56,490 bases of DNA from Cytophagales bacterium. GTDB taxonomy: Bacteria > Bacteroidota > Bacteroidia > Cytophagales > UBA9547. Of the stretch, positions 56,224 through 56,490 are shown one piece after another; position 1 is the stretch's first letter, and the number at the start of each line of letters is the position of its first letter. The translations under genes were made by a program, and so were the position numbers. The notes beneath the pieces were generated by a model, which searched no databases, was not told the DNA's origin, and was given only the letters and a program-made list of their open reading frames with translations. The stretch lies in assembly GCA_004294265.1 (NCBI GenBank), contig REAG01000118.1, positions 1 through 56,490 of the forward strand, given 5' to 3'.

Positions 56224-56363
56224 TGGAAAAGCCCACATAACTACATTTTAAAGGTAAAACACAAATATTTCTTTCAAAACCCCATCCCTAACCCTTCCCC
56301 AAGGGGAAGGGAACTCAAAAAACTCCGTTTTTTGAGTGTTTTGTAGTTAAGTGGGCTTTTCTA
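56224..56363. mobile_element. 140-bp MITE with IS1595-type termini, GC-hairpin core and 8-bp target duplication
   Basis: Ends are TGGAAAAGCCCACATAACTACA and TGTAGTTAAGTGGGCTTTTCTA. Direct repeats TAAAATTA lie at 56216-56223 and 56364-56371. The core has CCCTTCCCCaaGGGGAAGGG and CTCAAAAAACtccGTTTTTTGAG. Confidence 0.8.
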
Positions 56364-56392
56364 TAAAATTATTAGAATTTGGATTAATCTAA

Positions 56393-56490
56393 TAGAAAAG
56401 CCCATATAGCTACACTTTAAATTTAAAACATAAATATTTCTTTCAAAACCCCATCCCTAACCCTTCCCCAAGGGGAAGGGAACTCAAAAA
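56393..56490. mobile_element. Second copy of the same MITE, truncated by the window end
   Basis: TAGAAAAGCCCATATAGCTACAC...CCCTTCCCCAAGGGGAAGGGAACTCAAAAA is nearly identical to 56224-56320. Confidence 0.75.

Noticed and set aside
1-56490. CRISPR arrays, tRNA, rRNA, tmRNA, reverse transcriptase/retron or DGR signatures
   Set aside because: I found no regularly spaced direct repeats with unique spacers, no tRNA-like T-arm (GGTTCGAATCC-type) or rRNA-like segments, and no ORF with RT (YxDD) motifs. All repeated sequences resolve into the MITE families described.

Overview
AT-rich (by eye about 70% A+T) chromosomal window from a Bacteroidota genome, probably Flavobacteriia-like. Supporting signs are a T9SS C-terminal sorting domain, a DUF1573 protein, TAnnTTTG -7 promoter boxes, Rho with a long N-terminal insertion, and a split transketolase. 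About 50 intact protein genes are present, mostly housekeeping: tkt C-subunit, moaC/moaB fusion, udk, rfbC, rho, hemF, ribF, queA, trmB, nrdA, ispH, kup, purD, lipB and nth. There is also a cobalamin-riboswitch operon (cobS-cobC-btuB-like-DUF4465), envelope and glycan genes, and a small toxin-antitoxin islet. I saw no rRNA, tRNA or CRISPR array. Four things stand out. (1) The intergenic space is colonised by at least ten short non-autonomous elements (MITEs). Several carry the same terminal repeat as the IS1595-family element at the left edge, have perfect 8-bp target duplications, and one holds a nested insertion of a second MITE family. (2) An uncharacterised 209-aa gene is joined by an ATGA overlap to a decayed hicB copy, and an intact hicB paralog lies nearby. 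(3) A T9SS-exported protein with two DUF4465 repeats is the last gene of the B12-riboswitch operon. (4) Several long perfect palindromes and gene-start problems are visible. I cannot demonstrate a new multi-gene system from sequence alone, so the items above are candidates, each with an explicit test. All family assignments come from motif recognition in the supplied translations, not from database searches.
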